Origin: a virus
Taxonomy: Duplodnaviria; Caudoviricetes
DNA: 64,000 nt
Strand: one strand, 5' to 3'
Virus record (IMG/VR): IMGVR_UViG_3300028887_000085
Location: 47,111 to 111,110 of that record
Below the pieces are notes generated by a model. The model searched no databases. It was not told the origin of the DNA and worked only from the letters and a program-made list of their open reading frames with translations. Below, in pieces: positions 7,819 to 17,456 of the stretch. The translations under genes were made by a program, and so were the position numbers. Each line of letters opens with the position of its first letter. Position 1 is the first letter of the stretch.

Positions 7819-8736
7819 ATGGACGAGTTGGGAACTTGGGTGGCGATACCACGGGAAGAACCTCCTATGAAGAACATCTGTGTCAAAATCGGAGATGAAG
7901 GGCCGGACGGATCTATCATCAAAAACGGAGTTACCTTTACGTATCTCCAGCACGGCGACTGCCTGGAAGAAATGGCGAAACTCCCGGACGGAATCGTTGA
8001 CATGGTGCTCTGCGACCTTCCTTATGGTCAGAGCAAGCTCCGCTGGGATAGCGTGATCCCCTTCGATCCGCTTTGGCAGCAGATCAACCGCGTCTCCAAG
8101 GAAAACGCAGCCGTCGCCCTCTTCGGCTCGGAACCATTCACCAGCGCTCTTATCATGAGTAATCCCAGGCAGTTCCGGCAAAAGCTGACGTGGCTCAAGA
8201 CACGCCCCACGAACGTGTTTAACGCGAAGCGGCAGTTCATGAACTGGACGGAGGATATAGCGGTATTTTATCGCAAATCGCCCACCTTTCACCCGCAGAT
8301 GCGGACGGACGGTAAGTTTACCGGAGAGAAGAGGCAGCACACGCATACGGACCGTTCGGCGGGGATATTCCAGCAGACGGGAGAACGAGAGGGGTACGTC
8401 CACAAGGGAAACGGCGGTCTGTTTTACCCAAAGACCGTTCTGGAATTCTCCAATGTACACCACGGGAGTGAATGCTATCACCCAGTTCAAAAGCCGGTGG
8501 CACTTTTGGAATACCTTATCCGCACCTACACCAACCCCGGAGACTTGGTGCTGGATATGTGCATGGGTTCCGGAAGCACCGGCGTCGCTGCGGTTAGCAC
8601 GGGCAGGAGCTTCGTTGGAATCGAGATCGACGAGGGGTACTACGAGACGGCAAAAAAGCGGATAGTGGAGAGGATAAACGGATCATGGAACGTATCGAAT
8701 TTGGATATAACCACGGTTTCACGCGGGGAATCCTGA
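7819..8736 (+). CDS. Amino DNA methyltransferase (beta class)
   Basis: DLPY, HPVQKP, LDMCMGSGSTG. Confidence 0.88.
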   Translation: MDELGTWVAIPREEPPMKNICVKIGDEGPDGSIIKNGVTFTYLQHGDCLEEMAKLPDGIVDMVLCDLPYGQSKLRWDSVIPFDPLWQQINRVSKENAAVALFGSEPFTSALIMSNPRQFRQKLTWLKTRPTNVFNAKRQFMNWTEDIAVFYRKSPTFHPQMRTDGKFTGEKRQHTHTDRSAGIFQQTGEREGYVHKGNGGLFYPKTVLEFSNVHHGSECYHPVQKPVALLEYLIRTYTNPGDLVLDMCMGSGSTGVAAVSTGRSFVGIEIDEGYYETAKKRIVERINGSWNVSNLDITTVSRGES

Positions 8737-8924
8737 AAGTCAAGGAGCAGATCGACCGGAACATGGCCGATGACCTCAAACGGAATAAGGTTCGATTCAA
8801 CGTGAAGTCGCTCGGAGAAATGCTTGACTGCATGATCGAAAACCGAGAACTGCTGCGGGACGACCCGCGAGCTTTCCTCCGATGTAAGAAAGGCGGCGGC
8901 TTTGAAGTCGTGATAGGGAAATAG
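8685..8924 (+). CDS. Phage hypothetical protein
   Basis: GAGG RBS; coupled with neighbours. Confidence 0.55.
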   Translation: MERIEFGYNHGFTRGILKVKEQIDRNMADDLKRNKVRFNVKSLGEMLDCMIENRELLRDDPRAFLRCKKGGGFEVVIGK

Positions 8925-8939
8925 GGAGGATGATGTGAA

Positions 8940-9419
8940 ATGGGAAGCGTAGTTGACTCCTACTGTAAAGGCTGTAGGTATCTCGGAACGGTGTCCGGCG
9001 GAAAGAACTGCAACTATACCTACATCACCGGACACTCACGCGGCTGCCCAGCCGGTAAAGGCTGCATCCATCATACGAATCCTAAAGCTGTAGCCAGCTT
9101 CACGGAGAATCCCAAAGAGCCGAAGCCCTTGTATACGGAAAAGAAAAACAAGCGTCCCCCAGCGAGAAGCCCGGAGGAAGCCTACGAGCGAGAGAAAGAG
9201 CGGCGCAGGGAAGCCTCAAGGGAATTCCGTGAAAGGGCGCACGGCAGGCAGAAGGCCGTCATACTCGCCTACAAGGCGCAGACCGGTGACAGCAACTACG
9301 AGATATCGAAGAAAATCGGAATCAGCGAAAGCTCGATCCAGAAGTGGATCACGGAATACAAGCCCGCCAACTGGGAGAAGCTGGCGATCATAGGCGTTAT
9401 GAAGCCGGAGGGACTTTGA
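8940..9419 (+). CDS. Cys-rich N-terminus plus C-terminal HTH protein
   Basis: CKGC..CNY...TGHSRGCPAGKGC; YEISKKIGISESSIQKW HTH. Confidence 0.6.
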   Translation: MGSVVDSYCKGCRYLGTVSGGKNCNYTYITGHSRGCPAGKGCIHHTNPKAVASFTENPKEPKPLYTEKKNKRPPARSPEEAYEREKERRREASREFRERAHGRQKAVILAYKAQTGDSNYEISKKIGISESSIQKWITEYKPANWEKLAIIGVMKPEGL

Positions 9420-9420
9420 A

Positions 9421-10125
9421 ATGAAGCCAATTTATGAACCGAAAGGCGCAGCGAAGGAATACGGGGATTATGCCCTGAACATATACACAGGATGCCCCCA
9501 CCGCTGCTATTACTGCTTCGCCCCCGGCGTCCTGCACCGGGATAAAGAGCAGTTCCACAGCCATGTGGAGCCGAGACCTGGAATCGTGGACGAGACGAGG
9601 AAGCAGATCGAGAGAGAGCATATCACCGGGAAGCTCATTCATCTGTGCTTTGCTTGCGATCCATACCCCACTGGCTACGACAGCACACCCACGAGAGAGA
9701 TCATAAAGCTCCTGAAAGAAAGCGGGAATCACGTCCAGATTCTCACGAAAGGGGACGGTAGCCGGGACTTCGACCTGCTGGACGGAGAGGATTGGTACGG
9801 TATAACGATCACCGGAAATGCGGTAAGCAAGAATGTGGAGCCAGGAGCAATAAACGCACATAAACGGCTCGCCATCCTCAATATCGCAAAGCTGCTCGGC
9901 ATCAAAACATGGGTGAGTTTTGAACCAGTAGTAAATGCGGTTTCGGTGTTGCGTTGCATTAGCGGGTATCACACGTCTTTTGACCTCGTGAAGATCGGGA
10001 AGCTCAACTACCATCCGTCAAACATCAACTGGAAAGAGTTTGGGCAAGAGTCGGAGGCACTATGCCAGAGGGTAGGAGTCGACTACTACATCAAGGAAAG
10101 TCTGCGGAAGGAGATGGAGAAGTGA
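9421..10125 (+). CDS. Radical SAM protein
   Basis: NIYTGCPHRCYYCFA (CxxxCxxC), DPY, ILTKG, VSFEP. Confidence 0.85.
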   Translation: MKPIYEPKGAAKEYGDYALNIYTGCPHRCYYCFAPGVLHRDKEQFHSHVEPRPGIVDETRKQIEREHITGKLIHLCFACDPYPTGYDSTPTREIIKLLKESGNHVQILTKGDGSRDFDLLDGEDWYGITITGNAVSKNVEPGAINAHKRLAILNIAKLLGIKTWVSFEPVVNAVSVLRCISGYHTSFDLVKIGKLNYHPSNINWKEFGQESEALCQRVGVDYYIKESLRKEMEK

Positions 10126-10310
10126 AAGATATACCGCAGAACAACGTGGAACGGTCATACGATACAATCTCCAAGGTAGCAGACATGCTGGCGCTTTCTG
10201 GAGACGATAGTTCTGCGACCGTTGTCCTCCTTGGAGATATCGCCGTCAGTCTGGCCGTGATTGCGGACACTTTGATAGAAACTCTCAATAAGGGCGGTGA
10301 ATCCGAATGA
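10122..10310 (+). CDS. Small phage protein
   Basis: L.DIAVSLAVIAD motif; GTG overlapping the previous stop. Confidence 0.5.
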   Translation: MKDIPQNNVERSYDTISKVADMLALSGDDSSATVVLLGDIAVSLAVIADTLIETLNKGGESE

Positions 10311-10609
10311 GCATCTACATCCCGAAATACAAAGACATAGACGCAACTGTCATGCCGAATTGCCTCTGCGGAGATTCCGGAAAGAACCGCAACGAACGCG
10401 AGTGCAATAGGCGGGGAGGCTGCGCCGGGTGCGGCTTCGACAAGGCGGAGCACCAACGGAGGCTGATGCTCATACAGAGCGTCGGGCTGCGCCCCATCAG
10501 CGAGAAGCAGAAGAAAACGCTGAGGATCGAGTGGGGCATGAACACGAACCGCGACCTAGTGGGACTTCGTGTAGGGAAGAAAAGAGCAAGAAAAATAGAG
10601 TCCGGTTGA
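10307..10609 (+). CDS. Cys-rich phage protein
   Basis: C..CAGCGFD..EH.RR; last gene before the terminator. Confidence 0.55.
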   Translation: MSIYIPKYKDIDATVMPNCLCGDSGKNRNERECNRRGGCAGCGFDKAEHQRRLMLIQSVGLRPISEKQKKTLRIEWGMNTNRDLVGLRVGKKRARKIESG

Positions 10610-10628
10610 CGCCGGACTCTTTCTTTTC
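10597..10628. terminator. Intrinsic terminator ending the left operon
   Basis: AGAGTCCGG-TTGACG-CCGGACTCT then TTCTTTT. Confidence 0.75.
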
Positions 10629-10674
10629 TCGTGAATCAATGGTATGATACCACCGTACAAAAACGGACATTTTC

Positions 10675-10975
10675 ACACCAAATCCTACACCAAATGCCGA
10701 AATACACCAAGAATTACACCAAGAAATGTTTCTAAAATGTCCAATAATATCCGAATATGCAACGTCAAAAACGAGGGAAATCGAAGAACAAAAAACGCAA
10801 AAAAGTACCGGATTTCCCGCAATTCTACGAAAAACCCGGCACTTTTTACGGCCAAAGGTGACTCCCCGCACATGCCGTGTGAACCCTCTTATAACCTGCA
10901 CGAAATGCAGGAAGAAAGCACGATATATCGTCATCTACGGGGTGTTTACACCAAGAATTACACCAAATACACCAA
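10675..10975. promoter_or_regulatory. Putative attP with integrase arm-type repeats (T)ACACCAA x7
   Basis: Repeats at 10675, 10686, 10703, 10715 and 10947, 10959, 10968; identical 20-mer TACACCAAGAATTACACCAA in both clusters; AT-rich, directly downstream of int. Confidence 0.7.
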
Positions 10976-11099
10976 GGAAAATATCCGACAATACCTCAGA
11001 ATCAACAAGCGATTTTGTGGGAGTGTCATTCTTTCCTGTATCGTGGCGACTGCCCGTTTTCTTACTCTTGTGCAGGAAAATAAGCGCAGGTTAGAATGC

Positions 11100-12131
11100 C
11101 TACTTTTTCTCAGAAAAATAGTCGTCGATCTGTTTGTGCGCTCCGTCACGGAGGTTGTCGCGCAGGTGGGTGTAGATGCCCATGGTGGTCGTCGCATTCT
11201 TGTGACCGAGCTGGGCTTGGGCGGCTATCACCGGAACGCCAGCCTCGTACATGGCGGTTGCGTAGTAGTGCCGGAGCTGGTGGCAGGTGATATCATGGCC
11301 GATGGCGGTGCAATACTTCTGCCACCGGTAGATGAAGTTGCCTTTATTCATATAGTTTTTTCCGTCGGGGCCGGGGAATACCGGCCCCGATTTTTTGTTT
11401 GGCAGGATCTTATTGAGGGCTTCCGGGTAATAGACTTCTCGGACACCAGCTTCGGTCTTCGGTTCCTTTACCTCCGGAAAGTTTGGAGTGAACTGAATGG
11501 CGCGGCGGACATAGATAATCCGGCTTTTCCGGTCGATATCTTCGTAGCGCAGCGCCAGGGCTTCGCCACGGCGCAATCCGGTGTAATAAAGGGTGAGGGC
11601 AAAAGGACCCATCTCTTCTCCCGCAGACGCAAGGACGGCGGCAAGAGCGGCATCCTTCGGGACGTCACGACGCTGTACGGACAATCCCTTCGGCAGTGAT
11701 ATCACGGCAGACGTATTTACGGGAAGAATACCTAACAGAACTGCCCGCTTACACACCATGCGGATCACGGTAAGGTGGAGCTGCACCGTGCGCTTGGAAT
11801 ACTTCCTGCGAGCCATGCGATTGAGGAAGTTTTGCAGCTCCAGCGGGGTCACTTCTTCTGCGGGTATATCACCCAGCTCTTCCTTCAGACGGCGGCAGGG
11901 CGCGACATAAGATTCCGCCGTCTTGAAAGCGGACTCGGCATCGTGCTCCGCCTGCCAGGCGTCGATCAGACTGCCGAACGTCACCGGCTTCGGCTTCTTC
12001 AGCTCTTCGATCCGCCGGAACAGCTTCTCCGGGTCTTTGTCGCAGACCGTATGCCACTTTCCATCGGAGTCCTTATACTTCCCCTGATACGATCCGTCTT
12101 TCCTCAGCGTGAAGAGTTTGGCGTAATTCAT
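11100..12131 (-). CDS. int: Tyrosine integrase
   Basis: TGLRRGE, EPKT, HQLRH, LGH, IYTH catalytic residues; GAGGTG RBS before ATG 12131. Confidence 0.93.
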   Translation of the reverse strand: MNYAKLFTLRKDGSYQGKYKDSDGKWHTVCDKDPEKLFRRIEELKKPKPVTFGSLIDAWQAEHDAESAFKTAESYVAPCRRLKEELGDIPAEEVTPLELQNFLNRMARRKYSKRTVQLHLTVIRMVCKRAVLLGILPVNTSAVISLPKGLSVQRRDVPKDAALAAVLASAGEEMGPFALTLYYTGLRRGEALALRYEDIDRKSRIIYVRRAIQFTPNFPEVKEPKTEAGVREVYYPEALNKILPNKKSGPVFPGPDGKNYMNKGNFIYRWQKYCTAIGHDITCHQLRHYYATAMYEAGVPVIAAQAQLGHKNATTTMGIYTHLRDNLRDGAHKQIDDYFSEKK

Positions 12132-12224
12132 CCGTTTCACCTCTCGTCGGTCGCAAATGCGTCTGTCCAATATATCGGACACCAGTATGTGCTATACTCA
12201 GTTTTAGAGTGAAAAATAAAGCGA

Positions 12225-12812
12225 TTACTCGGAATTAGACTGCTCCGATTTTCCACGCAATTCCGCCTGCAGCTTATCGTTTTTGGCAATCAATTCGTTG
12301 ATTTGTTTCCGCTGGTCCTGTATCCATTCGTCCTTTCGCTCCATGCGGGTGTCCTTTATGGCGATCTGCTCCTTACACAGTGCGATGGCATCCTCATATT
12401 GGGCGCATATCCTGGCGTGATCTGCCTTGAGCTGGGCGATCTGGTCGCGCTGGACTTCGATCAGTTCTTCCTGCCGCTCGCAGACCTTCTCAAGTCCTTC
12501 TAGCCGGACCTGCGCGGTGATATTGTCGATCTCAGAAAAATCTTTGTCACCCAGCAACACCTTTTTGAGGGGACGGATCGTGCTGTCATAGTTAAATGTC
12601 TTGTTTTCACTTCCCTCCTTTAAGACACGACGGATGGAAGAATCAGACATAAATTCGCCGTTCTTTTCAAGAAGGATGAGGATTTGCTTTGGCTTCAGGC
12701 GGTTCGCTGCGGCAACTGCTTTGATTTCCAGAATGTCGCTTCGCATGTCATACTGCATCAAAAATATCAACTCCTGCTCACTCGTGACGGAATCTGACAG
12801 ATTTTGAACCAT
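12225..12812 (-). CDS. Lysogeny-module protein (HTH-like N-terminus, coiled-coil C-terminus)
   Basis: AGGAGG RBS; heptad-rich C-terminus. Confidence 0.55.
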   Translation of the reverse strand: MVQNLSDSVTSEQELIFLMQYDMRSDILEIKAVAAANRLKPKQILILLEKNGEFMSDSSIRRVLKEGSENKTFNYDSTIRPLKKVLLGDKDFSEIDNITAQVRLEGLEKVCERQEELIEVQRDQIAQLKADHARICAQYEDAIALCKEQIAIKDTRMERKDEWIQDQRKQINELIAKNDKLQAELRGKSEQSNSE

Positions 12813-12892
12813 GAAAAACCCTCCTTGGCGAAACATGGAAATTGAATGATGTAATGCAATCCGTTAATATCAGACCATGAACCCAAGGCAAG

Positions 12893-12940
12893 GTGGGAGC
12901 GGTACGATGCTTGGCGGCTAGGCCGCTCCCGCTTTTATTG
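12893..12940 (+). terminator. Hairpin terminator with TTGGCG in the loop (possible antisense sRNA 3' end)
   Basis: GGGAGCGGT...GCCGCTCCC-GCTTTTATT. Confidence 0.5.
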
Positions 12941-13065
12941 AATAATCGACGCCATTGTAAAAAACTTGGCGGAAGAGCCTCCTTCCGACCACAAACGACA
13001 AAACATTCGCATATAATGCGATCAGAGGGAGTGAAATGAAATGAATAACGATAAACTCAACAATC

Positions 13066-13752
13066 TCATTTCAGGTTTTGCAGCGCTTGATATAGAACAG
13101 CAGAGTACATTGATACGCTGTCTGGGCTTAACTTGGATAGCTCATACAAACGGAGTGCCGCCTTTGCAGCTTCTGGAGGAAACTGAGATGCAAGCTCTTG
13201 CAGCCGCACAGCGGGACTAGCGTTGTCCGGACGGTCGAAGGCCAACTCATACGCGCCGATCAAATCATTAAGAGACTTCCCCAGCAGCGCGGCCATCTCT
13301 GTTATCTGGTCTTTTGACACCTGATATTTCCCGTCAAGAAACAGCTCTACTTCTTCTTCTGAAAGCCCCGTCTTTTCGTTGCTCAAATAAGCTGGAGCTT
13401 TTGCATTATTAGCCAAAGCATTTCTAAACTGATGACCAATTACTCTCCATTCTGCGGTTGTCAGCCCGTAGCGCCCGCTCCCTTCTTCGGGGGCGGGCGT
13501 TTTTGTTTCTTCACCCATGCTTGGGTAAATATCTGCAACCTGCTTTCCCAAATAAGCAGCAATCATTTGCAGACGATCAAGCGGCGGTCTTCTTACTCCG
13601 TTTGCCCATTTTCCGACCGAACCGTTTCCAAACCCAAGATCCGCTTCCATAAGAGTTATGGATTTCCCCATCCCATGAAGAATCCCCCTTATTTTCAAGA
13701 CACATTCTTTGTTTTCGGCCTGGATTGTTTCCTTGTCTTCCGGCTGCTTCAC
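13066..13752 (-). CDS. CI-like XRE repressor (two HTH-like domains)
   Basis: SITLMEADLGFGNGSVGKW...PPLDRLQMIAAYLG; divergent from the cro-like gene; start could be further upstream. Confidence 0.75.
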   Translation of the reverse strand: MKQPEDKETIQAENKECVLKIRGILHGMGKSITLMEADLGFGNGSVGKWANGVRRPPLDRLQMIAAYLGKQVADIYPSMGEETKTPAPEEGSGRYGLTTAEWRVIGHQFRNALANNAKAPAYLSNEKTGLSEEEVELFLDGKYQVSKDQITEMAALLGKSLNDLIGAYELAFDRPDNASPAVRLQELASQFPPEAAKAALRLYELSKLSPDSVSMYSAVLYQALQNLK

Positions 13753-13765
13753 TGGAGCACCCCCA

Positions 13766-13938
13766 ATAGAAAATTTTTGGCAAACATAGAAACTTTCTAT
13801 TGACAACCGGGATTTTCGCTAGTATACTAGCGCCATAGGGTAAACAAAACCCAAGCCCCCCTCTGACAGCGGGCCTCAATAGAAAATCTCTTGTTGTTTC
13901 GGCAAAGCAATCATAGAACATTTTCTATCCGCTGTCAA
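13766..13938. promoter_or_regulatory. Genetic switch: face-to-face sigmaA promoters with ATAGAAA-N-TTTCTAT operators
   Basis: + TTGACA(13800)-17-TATACT(13823); - TTGACA(13938)-17-TATGAT(13915); palindromes at 13786-13800 and 13913-13928, half-sites near 13766 and 13879. Confidence 0.8.
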
Positions 13939-13986
13939 GAGGGATGGCGATATTCAATATGTCCCAACGGGAAAGGAGGTTATTAC

Positions 13987-14190
13987 TTGGATCTTTACCG
14001 AATCAAGGAGCTTTGCCTGCGAAACGACCTGACGATTGCAGCGCTTGAAAAACAAACGGGGCTCAGCAACGGAACCATCAGCAAGTGGAAAGAGTGCAGC
14101 CCCCGTGCTGACAACCTCAAGTGCATAGCAGACTACTTCGGCGTGACAATGGACTATCTCATGACGGGGAGGGAGGAAGCAGATGCCTAG
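13987..14190 (+). CDS. Cro-like XRE HTH regulator
   Basis: AAAGGAGG RBS, TTG start; TIAALEKQTGLSNGTISKW...IADYFGVTMDYL. Confidence 0.85.
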   Translation: MDLYRIKELCLRNDLTIAALEKQTGLSNGTISKWKECSPRADNLKCIADYFGVTMDYLMTGREEADA

Positions 14191-14377
14191 AGAGAATCCC
14201 GATTACCGGGACATCCTTGAGCGGCTGGACAAGGCGTTTCCCAACAAGGAAGTCCTGACAAAAACGGAGACGGCGGCGTGGCTGGGAATTAGCCTCAAGA
14301 CGCTGAAGCGCCGGTACAGCCTGCCTCCCGGCTACAACAGCAAGGTCCAGGTCGCAAAGGCGGTGGCGAGCCGCTAA
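14183..14377 (+). CDS. Small HTH DNA-binding protein (excisionase-like)
   Basis: LTKTETAAWLGISLKTLKRRY. Confidence 0.6.
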   Translation: MPRENPDYRDILERLDKAFPNKEVLTKTETAAWLGISLKTLKRRYSLPPGYNSKVQVAKAVASR

Positions 14378-15477
14378 TGGGAGAAACCTATTACAGCCGC
14401 GTTTATACTGACCGGCCCGAATACGCCGACTTTGATGCTCCTCATAAATTTCAGGCCATACAGGGTATTGTCGCCCGGAGACTCCGGGAACACCCAAAGG
14501 CGATCTGCTCCTACAGCGGCGGGGCAGACAGCGACATCCTTCTTGACCTGATCGAGCGGACACGGACCATCTTCAAGCTGCCGCCGGTGAAGTATGTATT
14601 CTTCAATACGGGGCTGGAAATGCAGGCGACGAAGGACCACGTTGCGGCGACCTCAGAGAAATACGGCGTGGAAATCGAAACGGTGCGGCCAAAGGTCAAC
14701 ATCGTCCAGGCTTCCCGGAAGTACGGAATCCCATTTGTCAGCAAGATCATGAGCTATCAACTGGAAGAATGGCAGAAGAAGGACGTCCCCATGACCATTG
14801 CCGACGAATACAACGCGGCGGAGGACAAGGAAGCAAAGCGGGCGGAGCTGAAGGAACGGTATCCAAAATGCGAAAGCCTCATCAACTTCATCTGCTGCTG
14901 TAATTCCAAAGGAGAGCCCCGGCCCAACATCCAGCTCGTCATCAATTCCAGCCGGTTCATGCGGGACTTTATCATGGAGAATCCCCCGGATTTCCGCATC
15001 AGCGCCCAGTGCTGCGACTACTGCAAGAAGCAGGTCGCCCATAGCGTCCAGAAAAATTACGACATGGTAATCACCGGAGAGCGCCGGGACGAAGGCGGCA
15101 TGAGAAGCGTTCCGCGAAAGGACAACACGACCATGTGCTTCACAGAGACCGGCGACGGGAAATTCCGGCTCCGCCCGCTCTTCTACGTCAGCGACGGAGA
15201 CAAAGCCTGGTACAAAGAAGAATACGGCATCCGATATTCCGACGCCTACGAGGTCTACGGTCTCTCCAGGACGGGGTGCTGCGGATGCCCTATCAGCTAC
15301 CGCGCCGTGGACGACCTGGAACTGATAGGGAAGTACGAACCCAACGTGGCGAAGGCCGCATGGAACATCTTCGGAGCGAGTTACCGTTACCGGCAGAAAT
15401 ATGTCGCGTATAAGGCCGAGCGGGACCGGACAGAAAAGGAAGCAAAGAAGGAGGTCGAAGGGCAATTAGCATTTTAG
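14377..15477 (+). CDS. PAPS reductase-family (PP-loop) protein
   Basis: SYSGGADS, NTGLE, CC..CKK, GERRDEGG.R, RTGCCGCP. Confidence 0.85.
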   Translation: MGETYYSRVYTDRPEYADFDAPHKFQAIQGIVARRLREHPKAICSYSGGADSDILLDLIERTRTIFKLPPVKYVFFNTGLEMQATKDHVAATSEKYGVEIETVRPKVNIVQASRKYGIPFVSKIMSYQLEEWQKKDVPMTIADEYNAAEDKEAKRAELKERYPKCESLINFICCCNSKGEPRPNIQLVINSSRFMRDFIMENPPDFRISAQCCDYCKKQVAHSVQKNYDMVITGERRDEGGMRSVPRKDNTTMCFTETGDGKFRLRPLFYVSDGDKAWYKEEYGIRYSDAYEVYGLSRTGCCGCPISYRAVDDLELIGKYEPNVAKAAWNIFGASYRYRQKYVAYKAERDRTEKEAKKEVEGQLAF

Positions 15478-15580
15478 AAGAAATCGCCGTAGTCAAGCGG
15501 CGCATCCAGGCACTTCAGAAGGAGCTTGCAGATTTGGAAGCCTGTTTAGACGAAGACGAACAGGATGGAGACGACCGCTC

Positions 15581-16159
15581 ATGAGTGCTTTGATCCCCTT
15601 CACCCAAGAGGAACTGGCGGAACTGGCGGAGTTCGACGCGGAGATAGAAAACCAGCACGACTACGACCCGTCTGAAGTAGAAGCCGCACGCCTCCGCGAC
15701 CAAAGCATACTCGATGAACGAGCCGAACCGAAGCGCCTGCGGAAGCGGAAAGCGGACAGGGAATACTACCGAAAGAACAAAGAGCGCATCAACGCACGAA
15801 ACCGCGAGTATGCCGCCGCCCACGCGGATGAAATCAAGGCGTACAGGCAGCGATACTTCTCCGAACACAAGCCGAACATTATGGAGCGCCGGAAAGCCTA
15901 CACAGACGCCAACCGGGAATCCATCGCGGAGTATCAGAGAAGCTACCATCTGCTTCATAAGGACGAGCACAACGCCTACTCCAAACAGTATCTCACATAC
16001 CACAGGGAGGAAAACAAGGCGAGAAGCGCGGAATGGCGGAAAGCGAACCCGGAGCGTAGCAGGGAAATCAAACGTGCCTGGTGGGACAAGCACAAGGACG
16101 AGATCAATGCCAAGCGGCGCGAGAAATACGCGGCGAAGAAATTGGAGGCGACAGCATGA
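15581..16159 (+). CDS. Charged ~15-residue-repeat protein
   Basis: Repeating EYxxxHxExIxAY units. Confidence 0.6.
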   Translation: MSALIPFTQEELAELAEFDAEIENQHDYDPSEVEAARLRDQSILDERAEPKRLRKRKADREYYRKNKERINARNREYAAAHADEIKAYRQRYFSEHKPNIMERRKAYTDANRESIAEYQRSYHLLHKDEHNAYSKQYLTYHREENKARSAEWRKANPERSREIKRAWWDKHKDEINAKRREKYAAKKLEATA

Positions 16160-16365
16160 GCGACAAGCAGAGAATCCTCAAGCACCTTCAGGAAAAGGGA
16201 AGCATCACCCCGATGGAAGCGCTGGAGCAATACGGGTGCTACCGGCTGGGGGCCAGAGTGTTCGACCTCCGGCGCGACGGCTATGAGATTAGCACCACCA
16301 TCGTCGAGGGAACGGACCGCAACGGCGAACCCATGAAGTACGCCAAATACAGCATGGAAAAATGA
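16156..16365 (+). CDS. Winged-HTH protein
   Basis: RILKHLQ..GSITPMEAL..YGCYRLGARVFDLRRDG. Confidence 0.75.
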   Translation: MSDKQRILKHLQEKGSITPMEALEQYGCYRLGARVFDLRRDGYEISTTIVEGTDRNGEPMKYAKYSMEK

Positions 16366-16464
16366 AAAGCCGCCCGGATGTTGGCGCATCCGGAGCGGCT
16401 GGGGCGAGAAGGTTTGTGAAGCTATCTCGTCTCCTAGAATAACACAGCCAGAAGGGAAATGCAA
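16365..16464 (-). ncRNA. Putative short antisense transcript (promoter plus terminator)
   Basis: - strand TTGCAT-17-(TG)TATTCT; hairpin GCCGCCCGGATG-TTGGCG-CATCCGGAGCGGC with T tract on the - strand. Confidence 0.45.
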
Positions 16465-17205
16465 ACCATGCTTAAAAGAATCACATTCCTGGACCGTGAG
16501 AGCTGGCTGGAAGGGCGGCAGCGGCAGGGGATCGGCGCGAGCGAAGCCGCCGCCATATGCGGATTTTCCCAATGGCAGACGAGGACCGAACTTTGGGAAA
16601 TCAAAACCGGACGCCGGGCGCGGAAGGATATCAGCGACAAGGACTATGTGGGGCGCGGACACCTCATGGAGGGCGCGGTGCGGGACTTCTACGCCGCCCT
16701 GCACCCTGAGCACGAGATCGATCACCACCCCTACGACATCCTCTTCCAAGCCGAAAGACCGTGGCTGTTTGCGACGCTGGACGGAGAGATCAAGGAAACC
16801 GGATTCAAGAACCCTCCGGAAGGAACCAGACGCATTGAAATTCCCGCAGGCGGGGTGCCGGTTGAAGTTCCGAGGGGAGACACGAAGATCCCCTTTATCC
16901 GCCACGGAATCCTTGAGATCAAGACTTCCGCACCGAACAACAAGGCGGCATGGGCGGAATGGGACGGAAGGATACCGGACGCCTACTACTGTCAATGCTG
17001 CCACCAGCTCCTTGCTACCGGCTGGGATTTCGTGGTCCTTCAGCCCGCTCTATGGCACCACAACGGGGACATCACCCTCAAGGACGCCTATGTGATCGAG
17101 CGCAGCGAGCACGAAGCGGACATCGCATGGGTGCTGGAGCAGGAAACCGAGTTTTGGGACAGCGTACAGACCGGGAAGAGACCCGGCGTACCGATCAGAT
17201 TTTGA
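16459..17205 (+). CDS. YqaJ-like viral exonuclease
   Basis: WL..R..GIGASEAAAI.G, GH..E, ATLDG, LEIKT, Y..Q..H. Confidence 0.9.
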   Translation: MQTMLKRITFLDRESWLEGRQRQGIGASEAAAICGFSQWQTRTELWEIKTGRRARKDISDKDYVGRGHLMEGAVRDFYAALHPEHEIDHHPYDILFQAERPWLFATLDGEIKETGFKNPPEGTRRIEIPAGGVPVEVPRGDTKIPFIRHGILEIKTSAPNNKAAWAEWDGRIPDAYYCQCCHQLLATGWDFVVLQPALWHHNGDITLKDAYVIERSEHEADIAWVLEQETEFWDSVQTGKRPGVPIRF

Positions 17206-17219
17206 AAGGAGACACAACA

Positions 17220-17456
17220 ATGGGCACCAAATTTTATGAAGTTGTTTATAAGCAGGGCGAGATCGGTTGGAGCGGGAGACCCTACACCTATAAGTCCGAG
17301 TTGGAACTGAGCCTCAAGCAGAAGGTCTACGCCCCCACCTACAAGAACCCCCGGCAGGAGGCGATGGTCGTCGCCGTGAACTGCCCCGATCCCGGCTTTG
17401 CCTGCAAGGAGATCACCGAGATCATGGCGGAGGCGGAAGACGATGCCCGATCTTGA
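17220..17456 (+). CDS. Phage hypothetical protein
   Basis: GAAAGGAG RBS; SGRPYTY motif. Confidence 0.6.
   Translation: MGTKFYEVVYKQGEIGWSGRPYTYKSELELSLKQKVYAPTYKNPRQEAMVVAVNCPDPGFACKEITEIMAEAEDDARS

Noticed and set aside
10644-11699. 351-aa plus-strand ORF
   Set aside because: Spans the att repeats and lies antisense to the integrase; no motif or RBS.
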